Origin: Gammaproteobacteria bacterium
Lineage (GTDB): Bacteria > Pseudomonadota > Gammaproteobacteria > Ga0077536
Direction of reading: 5' to 3'
DNA length: 64,000 bases
Assembly (NCBI GenBank): GCA_019747795.1
Contig: JAIEQK010000011.1
Coordinates: 7,737 to 71,736 of the forward strand
Under the pieces are notes generated by a model. The model searched no databases. It worked only from the letters and a program-made list of their open reading frames with translations, and had not been told where the DNA came from. Below are positions 45,672-56,631 of the stretch, piece by piece. Every line of letters starts with the position of its first letter. The stretch's first letter is position 1. The translations under genes were made by a program, and so were the position numbers.

Positions 45672-46937
45672 ATGCACTCTCGCCGCCCTTGCCCTTCCGC
45701 GTGGTTCCTGCCTCGGTACGGGATCCTGTTGCTGATGTGCCTCCTGCCCTGGCTCGCGAGCGCCGACGAATATCTCACGCCGCCCACGGTACCGGTGCCG
45801 ACGACGTATTTCGGCATGCACTTTCATCGCGCGGGCGATCCGACGCGCGTGCCGAAGGAGGGTGTCGGCGCGTGGCGACTGTGGGATGCGCGGGTGGCCT
45901 GGCGCTATCTCGCCGACCATGGACCGGTGCTTGATTTCCGCCAGCTCGATCGCCTCGTGAGCCTGGCGCGCGACCGCCGCATCGAGTTGCTCTATACCTT
46001 TGGCGCCACGCCTGGCTGGGCGAGCGCGCGGCCAGAAGAGAAGGGACCCTACGGGCCAGGATCTGCCGCCGAGCCGCGCGATCCGGCGCAATGGCAGGGC
46101 TTCGTAAAGCGCATCGCGACGCGCTACAAGGGCGCAATTCGAACCTACGAAATATGGAACGAGCCCAACGGCGGGTTCTTCACCGGCGCATTGGACGAGC
46201 TGGTCAATCTCACGTGCAGCACTGCGACACTTCTGAAGTCGATCGATCCGACTATCACCGTGGTGTCGCCCTCGGGTGTCGGCGGCTATCCGCAGCAACT
46301 CGCCTGGCTGGACCAGTTCCTGGCGCATGGCGGTGGTCGTTGCGTAGATGTCATCGGTTATCACATCTACGCCGCGAAGGGCACACCGGAGTCGATGCTG
46401 GCGACGCTGCGCAACGTTCAGGCGCTGATCGCCAAGCACCACCTCGACAGCAAGCCCCTGTGGAACACGGAAACGGGATGGCGTCTTTACCAGGGGCCGA
46501 GCAAGGCGGCAGCCATCGACCCGAGTTGGCCTAAGCTTGATGCGCAGCGCTCCCCCGCTTACGTGGCACGTGCGCTCCTCATCGGCTGGGCTGCTGGGCT
46601 GTCGCGCTACTACTGGTACGCTTGGGATCACGACGACATGGGCTTCCTGACCGCGGACGGCCGCGAGACCGACAGCGCTACCGCCTATCTCGGCATGTCG
46701 CGCTGGATGCGGGGCGCCGTGGTTCGCGATTGTTCGAGCGTCGGCGCGCTGTGGCAGTGCAGGCTCGCGCGCGACGGCACGGACAACTTCGTCTTGTGGA
46801 GCGAGGACGACGAGACGCGGGAGGTGCCCGTGCCCTCGGGCGCCACACACCTCGAAACTCTGGGCGGCGCGCGCAGTGAGCTCGTCGTCGGCGGGCGCGT
46901 GACGGTTGGGCCCCAGCCCATCCTGTTGACGCCCTGA
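45672..46937 (+). CDS. Exported clan GH-A glycoside hydrolase (GH39/GH5-like)
   Basis: Signal peptide; YEIWNEPN acid/base; PLWNTETG nucleophile. Confidence 0.82.
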   Translation: MHSRRPCPSAWFLPRYGILLLMCLLPWLASADEYLTPPTVPVPTTYFGMHFHRAGDPTRVPKEGVGAWRLWDARVAWRYLADHGPVLDFRQLDRLVSLARDRRIELLYTFGATPGWASARPEEKGPYGPGSAAEPRDPAQWQGFVKRIATRYKGAIRTYEIWNEPNGGFFTGALDELVNLTCSTATLLKSIDPTITVVSPSGVGGYPQQLAWLDQFLAHGGGRCVDVIGYHIYAAKGTPESMLATLRNVQALIAKHHLDSKPLWNTETGWRLYQGPSKAAAIDPSWPKLDAQRSPAYVARALLIGWAAGLSRYYWYAWDHDDMGFLTADGRETDSATAYLGMSRWMRGAVVRDCSSVGALWQCRLARDGTDNFVLWSEDDETREVPVPSGATHLETLGGARSELVVGGRVTVGPQPILLTP

Positions 46938-46986
46938 CGCCAGCCGCGTCCGTCCCTTCAACCTCGCGTCGGCGTTTCCAGCCACC

Positions 46987-47988
46987 ATGCGTTTGTTGTA
47001 CGCCGGCAGATTCGACATCCCCGGCATCCTGCGTCAGGTGGCGGTCGGCGAGGCGCCGAGCAATCACCTGCACGGCGTGCCGCTACTGGCGTCATATGGC
47101 TGGCAAGTGTGTGGTCTCGATCTCAGCGCGCAAGAACTCGCCGAGCCGCGTGCCTTCCAGAGGCGGCTGTGGCGTGAACGGGCCAGCTACGATGTCGTGC
47201 TGGCGCACAACTACTACGATGTGCGCTGGCTGGCCATGGCGCGCGCCGCGGGACTGCTGCGCGCGCGGCTTGCGGCCTTCGTACATTCGTTGCGGCCTCG
47301 GCCTTGGGATCGAGTGCTGATGCATGGCTATGATCATCTCTTCACTCTGAGCGAATGCGCAATGGCGGCGGTGCGGCGTGGCGGTGGTCCGGCGGCGCGA
47401 CAGACTTATTTTGCCTATGGCGCGGACCTGCGTTTCTATCGCGAGCAGCCTTGGCCGATCTCGCCGGGCATCGTTCTCAGTGTGGGCGTCAGCGGGCGGG
47501 ATTTCGCTACGCTGATCGGCGCGGCGCGCGACATCGATGCCGAGGTCCACATCGTCGGTCGGGTGGATGCCCGCGACATGCGGGATGCACCGAAGAATGT
47601 CCATTTCCACTCCACCGGCAATTACGACCTGCCGTTCGCGGCGCTGACCGGCCTGTTCGCGCGCGCGGGCTGCGTGGTGGTGACCCACCATGGCAGCGAT
47701 CATCCCTACGGCCTCAACGCGGTGGTGGAGGCCATGGCCTACGGTCGGCCACTCGTGATGAGCGCCGGCCCTGGCATCGACATCGATCCGGTCGCGTTGG
47801 GCCGCGGACTGCGCGTCGCTCCCCACGATACGGCAGCGCTGGCGCGCGCGGTCACCGCCGTGCTGAGCGATGACGTCGCCGCCCGCGCCATGGGCGGCCG
47901 GGCGCGCGCGGCGGTGGCCGGCAAGTTCAATGCCAACGTCATGGCAGCCCAGCTCGACCGCGCACTGCGGGAGCTCTGCGAGACATGA
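46987..47988 (+). CDS. Glycosyltransferase family 4
   Basis: RDFATL; GLNAVVEAMAYGRP. Confidence 0.85.
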   Translation: MRLLYAGRFDIPGILRQVAVGEAPSNHLHGVPLLASYGWQVCGLDLSAQELAEPRAFQRRLWRERASYDVVLAHNYYDVRWLAMARAAGLLRARLAAFVHSLRPRPWDRVLMHGYDHLFTLSECAMAAVRRGGGPAARQTYFAYGADLRFYREQPWPISPGIVLSVGVSGRDFATLIGAARDIDAEVHIVGRVDARDMRDAPKNVHFHSTGNYDLPFAALTGLFARAGCVVVTHHGSDHPYGLNAVVEAMAYGRPLVMSAGPGIDIDPVALGRGLRVAPHDTAALARAVTAVLSDDVAARAMGGRARAAVAGKFNANVMAAQLDRALRELCET

Positions 47989-49172
47989 CAGCCCCTACGC
48001 AAGTCCGGGACGGGCGAGTCGCCGTCCTCCTGATAGACACTCTAAGCGCGACCAACGACTTCGGCGTCGAACTCGCTCTCGCGCTGGCGCAGGAAGTGGA
48101 CCTGACCGTGGTGACGGTCGCCGGAACGCCGCTGCAGAGTGGCCCGAGTATGCGGGTGTTGCCCTTTCTTCCTCGCTACGGTGGAGGGGGGCGTGTGGCC
48201 AAGGCGCTGGCCGCTATCGCCGGCAGTGTGCGCCTGGCGAGTACGCTATGGCGCCATCGCCATGGCGTGGTGCACGTGCAGTTCATGCGCTTTCCGCGCG
48301 TCGAATGGTTCATCTATCACATGTTCAGGCCGTGGCTGCGCTGCCTCGTTATTACCGTGCACAACACGTTGCCACACGAGCGACGCGCCTGGCATCACGC
48401 TTTCTATGGTCGCTGGTATCGACTGGCGGATCGACTGCACGTGCTCAGCGAGAACGTCGGGCGCCAACTGGTCGAGCAATTCGGCCTGCCGGCGGATCGC
48501 CTCGACATGGTGCCGCACGGCAACTATCGCCGCTTCGTGACCCGCAACAGCAGACCCACCCGCATGGCGGAACTGGGCTTGGACGTGCTCGACGATCCGG
48601 CTCGCTTCGTCGTGGGATTCTTCGGCCTGATCCGGCCGTACAAGGGCGTGCTCGATCTGGCCCGCGCGTTTGCCCTGTTGGATGACCTGGAAGTGGACTT
48701 GGTCATCGCGGGTAAGGTCGAACAGAGCGCGCGCGTAGAGATGGGCGAGGTTGACGCGCTGCTCGGCGGCCATCCACGATTTCATCTACTCCCGCGGTTT
48801 CTCAGTGAATCGGAGCTTGCGGCGCTGCTGCGCCGCGCCAACCTCGTGGTGTTTCCGTATACGGACATTTCGCAGAGCGGCGCCTTGATGCTCGCGCTGA
48901 GCCACGACAAGGTGGTGATCGCGAACGACATCGCGGGCTTTCGTGAGTATATCGTGGACGGCGAAAGCGGCGTGTTGTGCCGAACGGACGATGTGGCGGA
49001 GTTTGCACGTACGCTGCGCGCGGTGATTCAGGACGGCGCGCTGCGCGAGCGCATCGCGTGCTCTGTGCGGATATTGATGGCGGGTCGTTACGGGTGGGAT
49101 ACCATCGCGCGCGGCCTGCTGAACTGCTATCAGAGCGGGCTGCAGGGCGTCGACGCGCAACGGCAGTCCTGA
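47985..49172 (+). CDS. Glycosyltransferase family 4
   Basis: FFGLIRPYKG; PYTDISQSGAL. Confidence 0.9.
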   Translation: MTAPTQVRDGRVAVLLIDTLSATNDFGVELALALAQEVDLTVVTVAGTPLQSGPSMRVLPFLPRYGGGGRVAKALAAIAGSVRLASTLWRHRHGVVHVQFMRFPRVEWFIYHMFRPWLRCLVITVHNTLPHERRAWHHAFYGRWYRLADRLHVLSENVGRQLVEQFGLPADRLDMVPHGNYRRFVTRNSRPTRMAELGLDVLDDPARFVVGFFGLIRPYKGVLDLARAFALLDDLEVDLVIAGKVEQSARVEMGEVDALLGGHPRFHLLPRFLSESELAALLRRANLVVFPYTDISQSGALMLALSHDKVVIANDIAGFREYIVDGESGVLCRTDDVAEFARTLRAVIQDGALRERIACSVRILMAGRYGWDTIARGLLNCYQSGLQGVDAQRQS

Positions 49173-49230
49173 GAGAGGGCGACGAACGCCATGACGCGCG
49201 GCTCGATGTCAGTCGAACCGCGCGCCGACT

Positions 49231-52200
49231 TCAGCCGGCCGGCGCCTGGCTGAACGAGCAGCCACGCGCGTTCGTGTAGGCCCCTGTCGGGGTGGCGGAG
49301 CACTGGTCCTGGAAGTTCGGCACACCATCGCCGTCGTCATCTACCAGGGTACTGTCACGCGAATAGATGACTTCCGAACTGTGTGGCTGGAGCGTGTAAG
49401 GCCAAGCTATCAGGAGGCCATCGGAGAACTTTACGAACTGTGTGCAGAGCGCCGGGTTGCTGGCCTGATCGGGGCAGTCCACGGCGCTGGGCGCGGCTGT
49501 GGCGTTGACCAGGATGCGCGTCTTCAGCGAAGTCTCGACCGGGTTCAACGGCACCATCTCGAGATTGCCGATAGCCAGCGAGGTGGCCGGCATGACGCGT
49601 TCGAAGTCCACTCGCACGCCGAGGTCGCCCGTTACCGGATCGGCGGCATTGACGGTCTTGGTGGCCTGGAACACAAAGGAGTAACGGGTCCACGCGGTCG
49701 AGCCGGCGAAGCCCAGCGAACTGGGCGCGATGCCCTCATAGCCGTTGGTGCCACCGCCACCGCGCCGCACTATCACCGAGATCGGTTGACCGGTGCTCTG
49801 CGTGCGTGCATCGAAGGAAATCCGATACCATTGGCCCTGCACGGTGCTGAAGTTCGGCGAGGACAGGAGGCTGGCGCTGCCACCGGCGGTCAAGCGTATG
49901 CAATTGCCCTGGGGGCATGACTCTAGCGCAGCCGTGGCGAGCGGCGCCGTTGCGTTCCACCACGTCCAGCCGCGGCGGCCAGCGGCGAGATTACCGTTCG
50001 GTATCAGGTTGCCGCCGGTCGTGCTGAAGGTCGCATAGCCGATACTGCTCACCTGCGAACCGTTCATGTCCTGGCCTCGCACTGACTGCCACCTGGGCAG
50101 GTCGTGCGCGCCGCCGCCGCCGCTCCACAGCTCGTTTGCCACGGTCGGCGAGAGGAGAGTCGAGTAGCGATTGCCCCGGTAGCTGGCGAAGCTGCTAGTG
50201 CTCGCATAGATGGTCTCCTGCTGCACGGGCTGCTGCGGTACGGCCGGGAAGAACAGGTTGTCATTGATCTGGTTTCCGAACACGTCACCCGCGGCGCGCT
50301 GACGATTGCTTGTCTCCTGTGCCCACACCTGGAAACGGCGATTACCGAAGAACGTGTTGCCGGCGATGATGTTCGATGCCGCGTCGTGCAGGTGCACGCC
50401 ATCGTCGGCACCGATCAAGGTGTTGTTGCTTACCGTAACGCCAGCGGCGAGTTCATCGAGATAGATACCGGCGGTGAGCGTGGTCGCCTGGCTCGGCATG
50501 CCATCGGTGTTGCCGATCACGGACTGCACCGTGTTGTGGTCGATCACGCTGCCGTTGTTGGTGCCCGCGGTGTAGATGCCAGCGCAGTCGTTCAGGCTAA
50601 TGCAGGCGTATTCGACGCGGTTGCCGGACGCGAAACTACCGGTGCCGAGCAGGATGCCGATGTAGCCCGCATTGATCACGACATTGTCTTGCACCGTGGC
50701 GCCGCTGCCCGCGCGCAATGCCCCGTAGCTGCGGATTGGCACGTCCAGCGCGCCGAGGCTGGGCCCACGCACGCCGCTGTTTACGATGCGATTGCCCATT
50801 ACCCGCAGCGACCGCGCGCTCTGTCCGTCAGCACCAACAGCCGACAGCGCATCGCGGCGGCTGTTGACGATTGTGTCCGCCGACACTTCGCAGTTCGAAC
50901 AGCGCACGGCGTCCACCGCATTGTTGCCGCTGTTGCTGATGCGCGCGTTACGCAGCACCAGGCCGTTCGCAGTGCGCATGCGCACGCCGGTGACGAAGCC
51001 GTCTACGTCGACGCCGTCTAGGGTGATGAAGCTGCCATTGCTGAAGTCGATGCCGACGTCGCCCACTGCGCTGGCGAGGCGCCCGGCCGGCGCTAGGCCA
51101 TCGGGCATCCACACCGCGAGCGTGCCAGCTGCCGTATCGACGTGCCACTCACCAGGGGAATCGAGCATCCAGCGCGCGCCGGTGAGATAGAAGCCCCAGT
51201 TCGCGTCGAGAGGAAAGGTGGTCGGGCGGTCAAAGTAAATTTTACCGTCGGCGTAGGAAGCCACCGTCAACTCGTCCATCATCCAGCCGTTGGTGCGCAC
51301 GACCACGCCCATGCCGGGCACGATACTCGCCCCCTCAGGCAGGGCCAGATTCGCGGCTGGCTGCAGGTAGGTGCTGCCCGTCCCACCGGCCTGCGCCACG
51401 CGGTCGGCGTTGGCGGCGATGGTCGCGAACATGCCGGCGGGCCGCGCGGGATCGAAGCCACGATTCGGGTGGTGCGCAGGCGCCAGCGTGCTGTCCGCGA
51501 ACATCAATTGTGTGGGCGCGCCGCCGGCATAGCTGGCGCGCACATCGCTGAGGTTGATGACCTGTCCCGCAACGCGCACGACGAAGTCGATGCGCGCGGC
51601 GGTGGTAGTGGCGGTAAAGACAGTGTCGTAGGTGAGTGTTTGCCAGGCACCGGTGCCGACCACCGTGCGGGTCGCGCCGATGGTGTCGTAGGGCGCCGCG
51701 CCGCGACGCGGTATCACATCCACGCTGACGCCGGCCGGAATGCGCAGGCGCGCGCTGATATTGAGCTGGTTGCCGGCCTCGACGCTGAAGTTGCCGCTGA
51801 TCGCGATTGTCGGCGTGGTGCCGCTGGTGAGGGTAATGCACGCGGAGGAGTTGACCACGCAGCTGAGGTCGTTTATCAGCGTCTGATCGTGGAGGCGCGA
51901 CCAGGAACTGAAGCCGAGCAGGTCGCCCGACGAACGCAGCAGGTTCACCGGGAAACGAGCTTGGTAGATATTGCCGCCGATGTTTGTCCAGGCATAGTTC
52001 GGAATGGGCTGGGCCGCGGAGACAAGCGGCTTGGCGGCACAGGGCGTGCCGTACTGGCCGACGGTGATGGGTGCCGAGGAGGTGCCGTTGGCGCGCAGGG
52101 CGAGCCGCTCTCGCCACACGCGATCGCAGCGCAGGAGTACCGTGTCACCGGGATTCAACGTCGCGCTGGAGACGCGGGCTAGGGAGCGCCACGGTCCATT

Positions 52201-52380
52201 GTCGAGATTGGCGGTCGCCGCGGACGTAGTGCCTGCCCATGCGTCGTTGCCGGTGACCGTGTCGACGTAGTAGGTGGCAGCGGACGCTGCCCATGAAAAG
52301 CTTGTCGCGAGCAGGCCTGCCGCCGCGCGCCTTAGTGACTCCTGTCGGGGGAAATGCGAGAGAAATCTGGAAGCGAACAT
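49231..52380 (-). CDS. Large secreted right-handed beta-helix (pectin lyase-like) protein with carbohydrate-binding-like domains and DxDGDG tail
   Basis: ATYYVD..GND..G.....PWRSL; LDSPGEW; GIYLDE; NLIPNG CBM4/9-like; DDDGDGVPNFQDQC..TP...GC. Confidence 0.8.
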   Translation of the reverse strand: MFASRFLSHFPRQESLRRAAAGLLATSFSWAASAATYYVDTVTGNDAWAGTTSAATANLDNGPWRSLARVSSATLNPGDTVLLRCDRVWRERLALRANGTSSAPITVGQYGTPCAAKPLVSAAQPIPNYAWTNIGGNIYQARFPVNLLRSSGDLLGFSSWSRLHDQTLINDLSCVVNSSACITLTSGTTPTIAISGNFSVEAGNQLNISARLRIPAGVSVDVIPRRGAAPYDTIGATRTVVGTGAWQTLTYDTVFTATTTAARIDFVVRVAGQVINLSDVRASYAGGAPTQLMFADSTLAPAHHPNRGFDPARPAGMFATIAANADRVAQAGGTGSTYLQPAANLALPEGASIVPGMGVVVRTNGWMMDELTVASYADGKIYFDRPTTFPLDANWGFYLTGARWMLDSPGEWHVDTAAGTLAVWMPDGLAPAGRLASAVGDVGIDFSNGSFITLDGVDVDGFVTGVRMRTANGLVLRNARISNSGNNAVDAVRCSNCEVSADTIVNSRRDALSAVGADGQSARSLRVMGNRIVNSGVRGPSLGALDVPIRSYGALRAGSGATVQDNVVINAGYIGILLGTGSFASGNRVEYACISLNDCAGIYTAGTNNGSVIDHNTVQSVIGNTDGMPSQATTLTAGIYLDELAAGVTVSNNTLIGADDGVHLHDAASNIIAGNTFFGNRRFQVWAQETSNRQRAAGDVFGNQINDNLFFPAVPQQPVQQETIYASTSSFASYRGNRYSTLLSPTVANELWSGGGGAHDLPRWQSVRGQDMNGSQVSSIGYATFSTTGGNLIPNGNLAAGRRGWTWWNATAPLATAALESCPQGNCIRLTAGGSASLLSSPNFSTVQGQWYRISFDARTQSTGQPISVIVRRGGGGTNGYEGIAPSSLGFAGSTAWTRYSFVFQATKTVNAADPVTGDLGVRVDFERVMPATSLAIGNLEMVPLNPVETSLKTRILVNATAAPSAVDCPDQASNPALCTQFVKFSDGLLIAWPYTLQPHSSEVIYSRDSTLVDDDGDGVPNFQDQCSATPTGAYTNARGCSFSQAPAG

Positions 52381-53342
52381 GGAATTATCCCACCGAAGTT
52401 GCTGACATCTGGTCGAGGCTGGCGGGCGTCCGTGCCGTGCTTCGACCAATCTGAATGATTCACGGCCATTGACGAACGATGGCCGCGTGTAGGGAAGGGA
52501 ACGGCCTGCTTGTGACTTCTGTGGGCCGCAGGCTCGCGCACTTCGCGCGTAATCAGTCGACTAATATCGACGGAGCAACAATTGCGCTTCAACGGTCATT
52601 CTGTGAAATACCTCGCAATTGCAGCGAATCTTCTGCTTCCACCGACTTGACCCTGCTTTGCATCGAGAGACTTGACAGGTAATGTCCCTGCAACGAATGG
52701 CCTGCAACTTTGGCAGATTGCGCGCAGGCGCTGCACTGCGCGACGTGAGGAGAAAGAATCCGCAAGAGATGACCATCCCAAGTTAGAGCGCCGAATTGCA
52801 TATCGCGTGGCGGCGCGCGGCGACGTTTGGCGCAGCGTAAGCGGCGAGCGCACCCATGATGCTAGCCGTCCGGACCGAAACTTAGCTTGAGATGTAACGA
52901 GCCGACCGCCCAATGTGGCCGGCTTTCTTGCGTTCCGGGCACCCTCAGCGGCGCATCGATGGGCAGGTAACGACTTCTGAGTTTCACCGTCGCGAGTCCT
53001 GACGATGCAGGGCTTCACACCAATTGCCATTGATGCGATATTCCGAGCTGGACGACCCTGGCGCGCGATGCTGGCGTTCCCAATGCGCGTGACTAGATAT
53101 TCCCTCATTCCACAAGAGGTGGCTCACGGGTGCGGATCGGTTTGAACGGCCATGATTGAGCATCCTCTCGGCATTCTGATGCTAGCGATGGAAGCCACAA
53201 TTGGGGCTCGTCGCGCCTGCGAAGTTACCGGCTGCCCGATCGGTTCTAGGCACCTGGCCCGGGACTACTGCTGAATGCCGCGCACTGCCGCAGTGTTAAC
53301 GTTGCCGCGCCGCGTGGCAACCGGATCTCGCACGCTTCGCTA

Positions 53343-54362
53343 GTGTTCAACGTCGTCCAATGTCTGCGCGGCCTGGCGGCCCTTCTCGTACTGTTTCACC
53401 ACTCCCGGCTCTACATGCCTGCGGCTCCTGAATGGACCAACTTCGGTGCCCGCGGGGTCGACGTGTTCTTTGTCATTAGTGGCTTTGTCATGGCCCACTC
53501 ATTGTCCCAAAGAGATAGCCGCGGATTGGCCGCTGCCACTGATTTCGCCGTTCGTCGCCTATTGCGGGTTGTGCCGTTGTACTGGGTGGCGACTTTTCTC
53601 TTGATTCGCCATGACCTCCTCGCCGGGCGAGTCCCGGAGTGTTTATGGAAAGACCTGCTCTTCATTGCTCACGAGTCGATCCAGTTTCCGGGTCGCATGT
53701 ACCCGGTGCTCGTTCCAGGATGGACGCTAAACTACGAAATGTTCTTCTACGGGCTTCTCGCGGTGGCGCTCTTGTTCACCCGCAACGCTGCGCGGACGAT
53801 AGGTGCGGTCTTGTTGCTAATGACAGGAATAGGCTGGTGTGTGAAGCCACCGAACTCGTCGGTCGCTGGGTTTTACACGTCACCGTTTCTAGTGCTTTTC
53901 GTCGCCGGGATGATTCTGCATGGGGCGCGGTCGCATTTGCCTCGCCTTGGTGCGGGTCCAGCAGCGAGCATCTTGGTCGCTGCACTAATTGTGATGTGTG
54001 CTCCGCTTCCAGGGCCGCGTCTAGTTGCGGTTGGCATTCCGGCGTTAATTGCCGTAGGCGCCGCCGTGCAATTGTCTTCCGTGAGTACGGCTAGCTTCCG
54101 CCTGCCGATCGCGTTGGGTGACGCGTCCTATTCCATTTACCTATTGCAAGGCTTCGGTATCGGGGCAGGGCGGCGACTTATCGAGTTGCTCGGCTTCGCG
54201 CCCGCGCCAAATGGTGCCGGAGCTTGGTTAGCGGCCTTGGTTCTGTGCGTATTCGGCACCCTATGGGGACTCGCCGTATACCGATGGCTGGAGCGACCAG
54301 TTTATCTTTGGAGTATGCGCTGGTGGCGAGACATCTGGTCGCCACGCAATGGCCCGACGTGA
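53343..54362 (+). CDS. Acyltransferase family 3 (O-acetyltransferase)
   Basis: LRGLAALLVLFHH; GVDVFFVISGFVM; WTLNYEMFFY; LGDASYSIYL. Confidence 0.92.
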   Translation: MFNVVQCLRGLAALLVLFHHSRLYMPAAPEWTNFGARGVDVFFVISGFVMAHSLSQRDSRGLAAATDFAVRRLLRVVPLYWVATFLLIRHDLLAGRVPECLWKDLLFIAHESIQFPGRMYPVLVPGWTLNYEMFFYGLLAVALLFTRNAARTIGAVLLLMTGIGWCVKPPNSSVAGFYTSPFLVLFVAGMILHGARSHLPRLGAGPAASILVAALIVMCAPLPGPRLVAVGIPALIAVGAAVQLSSVSTASFRLPIALGDASYSIYLLQGFGIGAGRRLIELLGFAPAPNGAGAWLAALVLCVFGTLWGLAVYRWLERPVYLWSMRWWRDIWSPRNGPT

Positions 54363-54411
54363 TTGGATGCCTTGTTGGCACGAGTCCGCGCGGCAATACC
54401 CTGTGAATATC

Positions 54412-55584
54412 TCAAGGGCTGGGGGCTGCCGCATGTTGTGCCTCGAGTGTGCTCACGACGCGCGACACGAATGACTCGAAGGACAGAGGGCCGCGGATTC
54501 GGCTCTCGCCGGCCGCGCCCATGAGCGCCGCGCGTTGCGGATTCTGCAGGACGTCTCGCAGGCGGTCAGCCAGTTCCTGCGGCGAGTCACCGCGGAGCCG
54601 GTAACCGGTCTCGCCGTCAAGCACGAGGTCGTCGGCGCTGCCATCGGCATACCCCGATATCACGGGCAAGCGGTGCGCCATCGCTTCGTTGATCGCGAGG
54701 CCGCCGGTCCCCGGCAAGACGAACAGGTCCGCTGCGTCGAAGAATTCGCCGACGTGGTCGATAACCCTGCCGGCGGATGTCCAGTCTTCTCGCCGCGCGT
54801 GGCGCTGCTTGAGTGTCGGCAGGTAAGGACCATCGCCGACTACCATGAAGTGCACATCCATAAGACGCAGCAGATCCAGCGCCGCGAAGATCCGGTCAAG
54901 ATTCTTTTCCTCGAGGATGGCGCCGACGTAGAGGACGATGCGCTTACCTTCGAGCTGCGGCCAGCGGGCGATGAGGCTGCGGCGCGCCGCCTGCCGGTCG
55001 CCCGGCACGATGGCGGTCTCATCGATGGTGTTGTGCATCACCAGCGACTGGTGCGGCGCGGCGCCGAAAGTATGCACGTATTCGCGGGCGTTGCTGTGAT
55101 AGCACAGGTGGAAGTCGAACAAGGGAATGAACCGCCGCAACACCGCGAACTTGAGCCGGCCGGGGTTGTATTCGTAGCCACACTGCCAGGCGATCCGCGC
55201 GCGGCCGCGGCTGCGTGCCCAGTGCAGCAGCAACCATTCCGACAGCGTCCCCGAGTGACACATGGTCATCACCACGCGCGGGTTGACGCGCGAAAGGATG
55301 TCGCGCAGCCCGTGCTGATAGCGAAATGTGAAATTGCGGACGGGGATCTCGGTAAGCCGGAATCGCAGGTGTTCAGATACGACCCGGTCGCGCACCGCGA
55401 CCCTTCCGGTCGTGCCGGGCGCTTCGTGCGCCGAGGCGATGATGAAGCGAATGCCGCGTGCCGCAAGCCGCGCCTCGACGGCGCGCATCGTGGGCACGTG
55501 GTAGTGCATGATGCGGTCGGCGACGAACAGGACGCCGTTGGGGGAGGGTGTAGTGGCGACCGCCGCGGGATTGTGTGAGTTCAT
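54412..55584 (-). CDS. Glycosyltransferase family 4
   Basis: LYVGAILEEK; GLAINEAMAHRLPVI. Confidence 0.85.
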   Translation of the reverse strand: MNSHNPAAVATTPSPNGVLFVADRIMHYHVPTMRAVEARLAARGIRFIIASAHEAPGTTGRVAVRDRVVSEHLRFRLTEIPVRNFTFRYQHGLRDILSRVNPRVVMTMCHSGTLSEWLLLHWARSRGRARIAWQCGYEYNPGRLKFAVLRRFIPLFDFHLCYHSNAREYVHTFGAAPHQSLVMHNTIDETAIVPGDRQAARRSLIARWPQLEGKRIVLYVGAILEEKNLDRIFAALDLLRLMDVHFMVVGDGPYLPTLKQRHARREDWTSAGRVIDHVGEFFDAADLFVLPGTGGLAINEAMAHRLPVISGYADGSADDLVLDGETGYRLRGDSPQELADRLRDVLQNPQRAALMGAAGESRIRGPLSFESFVSRVVSTLEAQHAAAPSP

Positions 55585-55812
55585 GAATTCGGGCCGATCA
55601 GGGCGTGAAACGACGCGGCTAATGCCGGATTAGAGATTAACATAGGGTAATTGGATGAACTGTGACGTGGTTGTGGCGATGCCGCCGCCGACGCATGCCG
55701 CCGGCGGCGGCTCGGGCGTGTGCGCGTCACAGGAGGCTGCCCGTGCACGCGGTTGCAGGGTGGAACGATGACGCCGAACAGCGCTGTCGAGCGGCGCGAC
55801 TCAGCCCCGGAC

Positions 55813-56628
55813 ATGGTGATAGCACGAGGAAACCGCGTGGCTCCGCAGCCTGGTGAACGCGACCGCGAACTTGTAATGAGCAGCTGGATCGACGTCGTCG
55901 ATTGGGAGCAAGCCACGAGTCGCATCCTGGCGTGGGCGGAGGCGCGCGAGCAGCGCACCGTCTGTCTGTGCAATGTCCATTCGGTGGTCACCGCGGATGC
56001 CGACCCGGCGCTGCGCGACGCGATCAACTCGGCCGATCTCGCGGCGCCCGACGGACATCCCGTGGCCTGGCTGCTGGGACGGCGGCGACGACGTCCGCAG
56101 CCGCGCGTCAACGGGCCGGACCTCACCGTGAAACTATGCCAGCTGGCCGCCGCGCGCGACCTGCCCATCGCCTTCTACGGCAGCACCGAGGACAGCCTCG
56201 CGCGGTTGCGTGAGGCCCTCGCCAGCCAATTCCCGCGGCTGCGGGTGGTTGCGACCATCTCGCCGCCGTTTCGGGCATTAAGCGCGTCGGAACTGGACGC
56301 ATACGGCGCGCAGCTGGCGGGCTCTGGCGCCGCCCTCGTGTTCATCGGACTTGGCTGCCCCAAGCAGGAGATCTGGATGGCGGCCAATCGCGCCAAGGTC
56401 GGGGCTGTGCTGCTCGGCGTCGGCGCGGCCTTCGAGTTCCTGGCGGGCACGGTACGCCGGCCGCCGGTGTGGATGCGGCGTCTCGGTCTTGAGTGGTTGG
56501 GACGACTACTTGCCGAACCGCGGCGACTGTGGCGTAGGTACTTGGTCACAAACACGCTGTATATTGCCTATCTCGCTCGCGAATTCCTCTTCAAGAAGCG
56601 GCCGCACGGCCCCAATCGGGATGTTTGA
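55813..56628 (+). CDS. WecB/TagA/CpsF family glycosyltransferase
   Basis: NVHS; PDGHPVAW; GLGCPKQE; GVGAAF; LEW..RL..EPRRLWRRY; start uncertain. Confidence 0.9.
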   Translation: MVIARGNRVAPQPGERDRELVMSSWIDVVDWEQATSRILAWAEAREQRTVCLCNVHSVVTADADPALRDAINSADLAAPDGHPVAWLLGRRRRRPQPRVNGPDLTVKLCQLAAARDLPIAFYGSTEDSLARLREALASQFPRLRVVATISPPFRALSASELDAYGAQLAGSGAALVFIGLGCPKQEIWMAANRAKVGAVLLGVGAAFEFLAGTVRRPPVWMRRLGLEWLGRLLAEPRRLWRRYLVTNTLYIAYLAREFLFKKRPHGPNRDV

Positions 56629-56631
56629 CGG

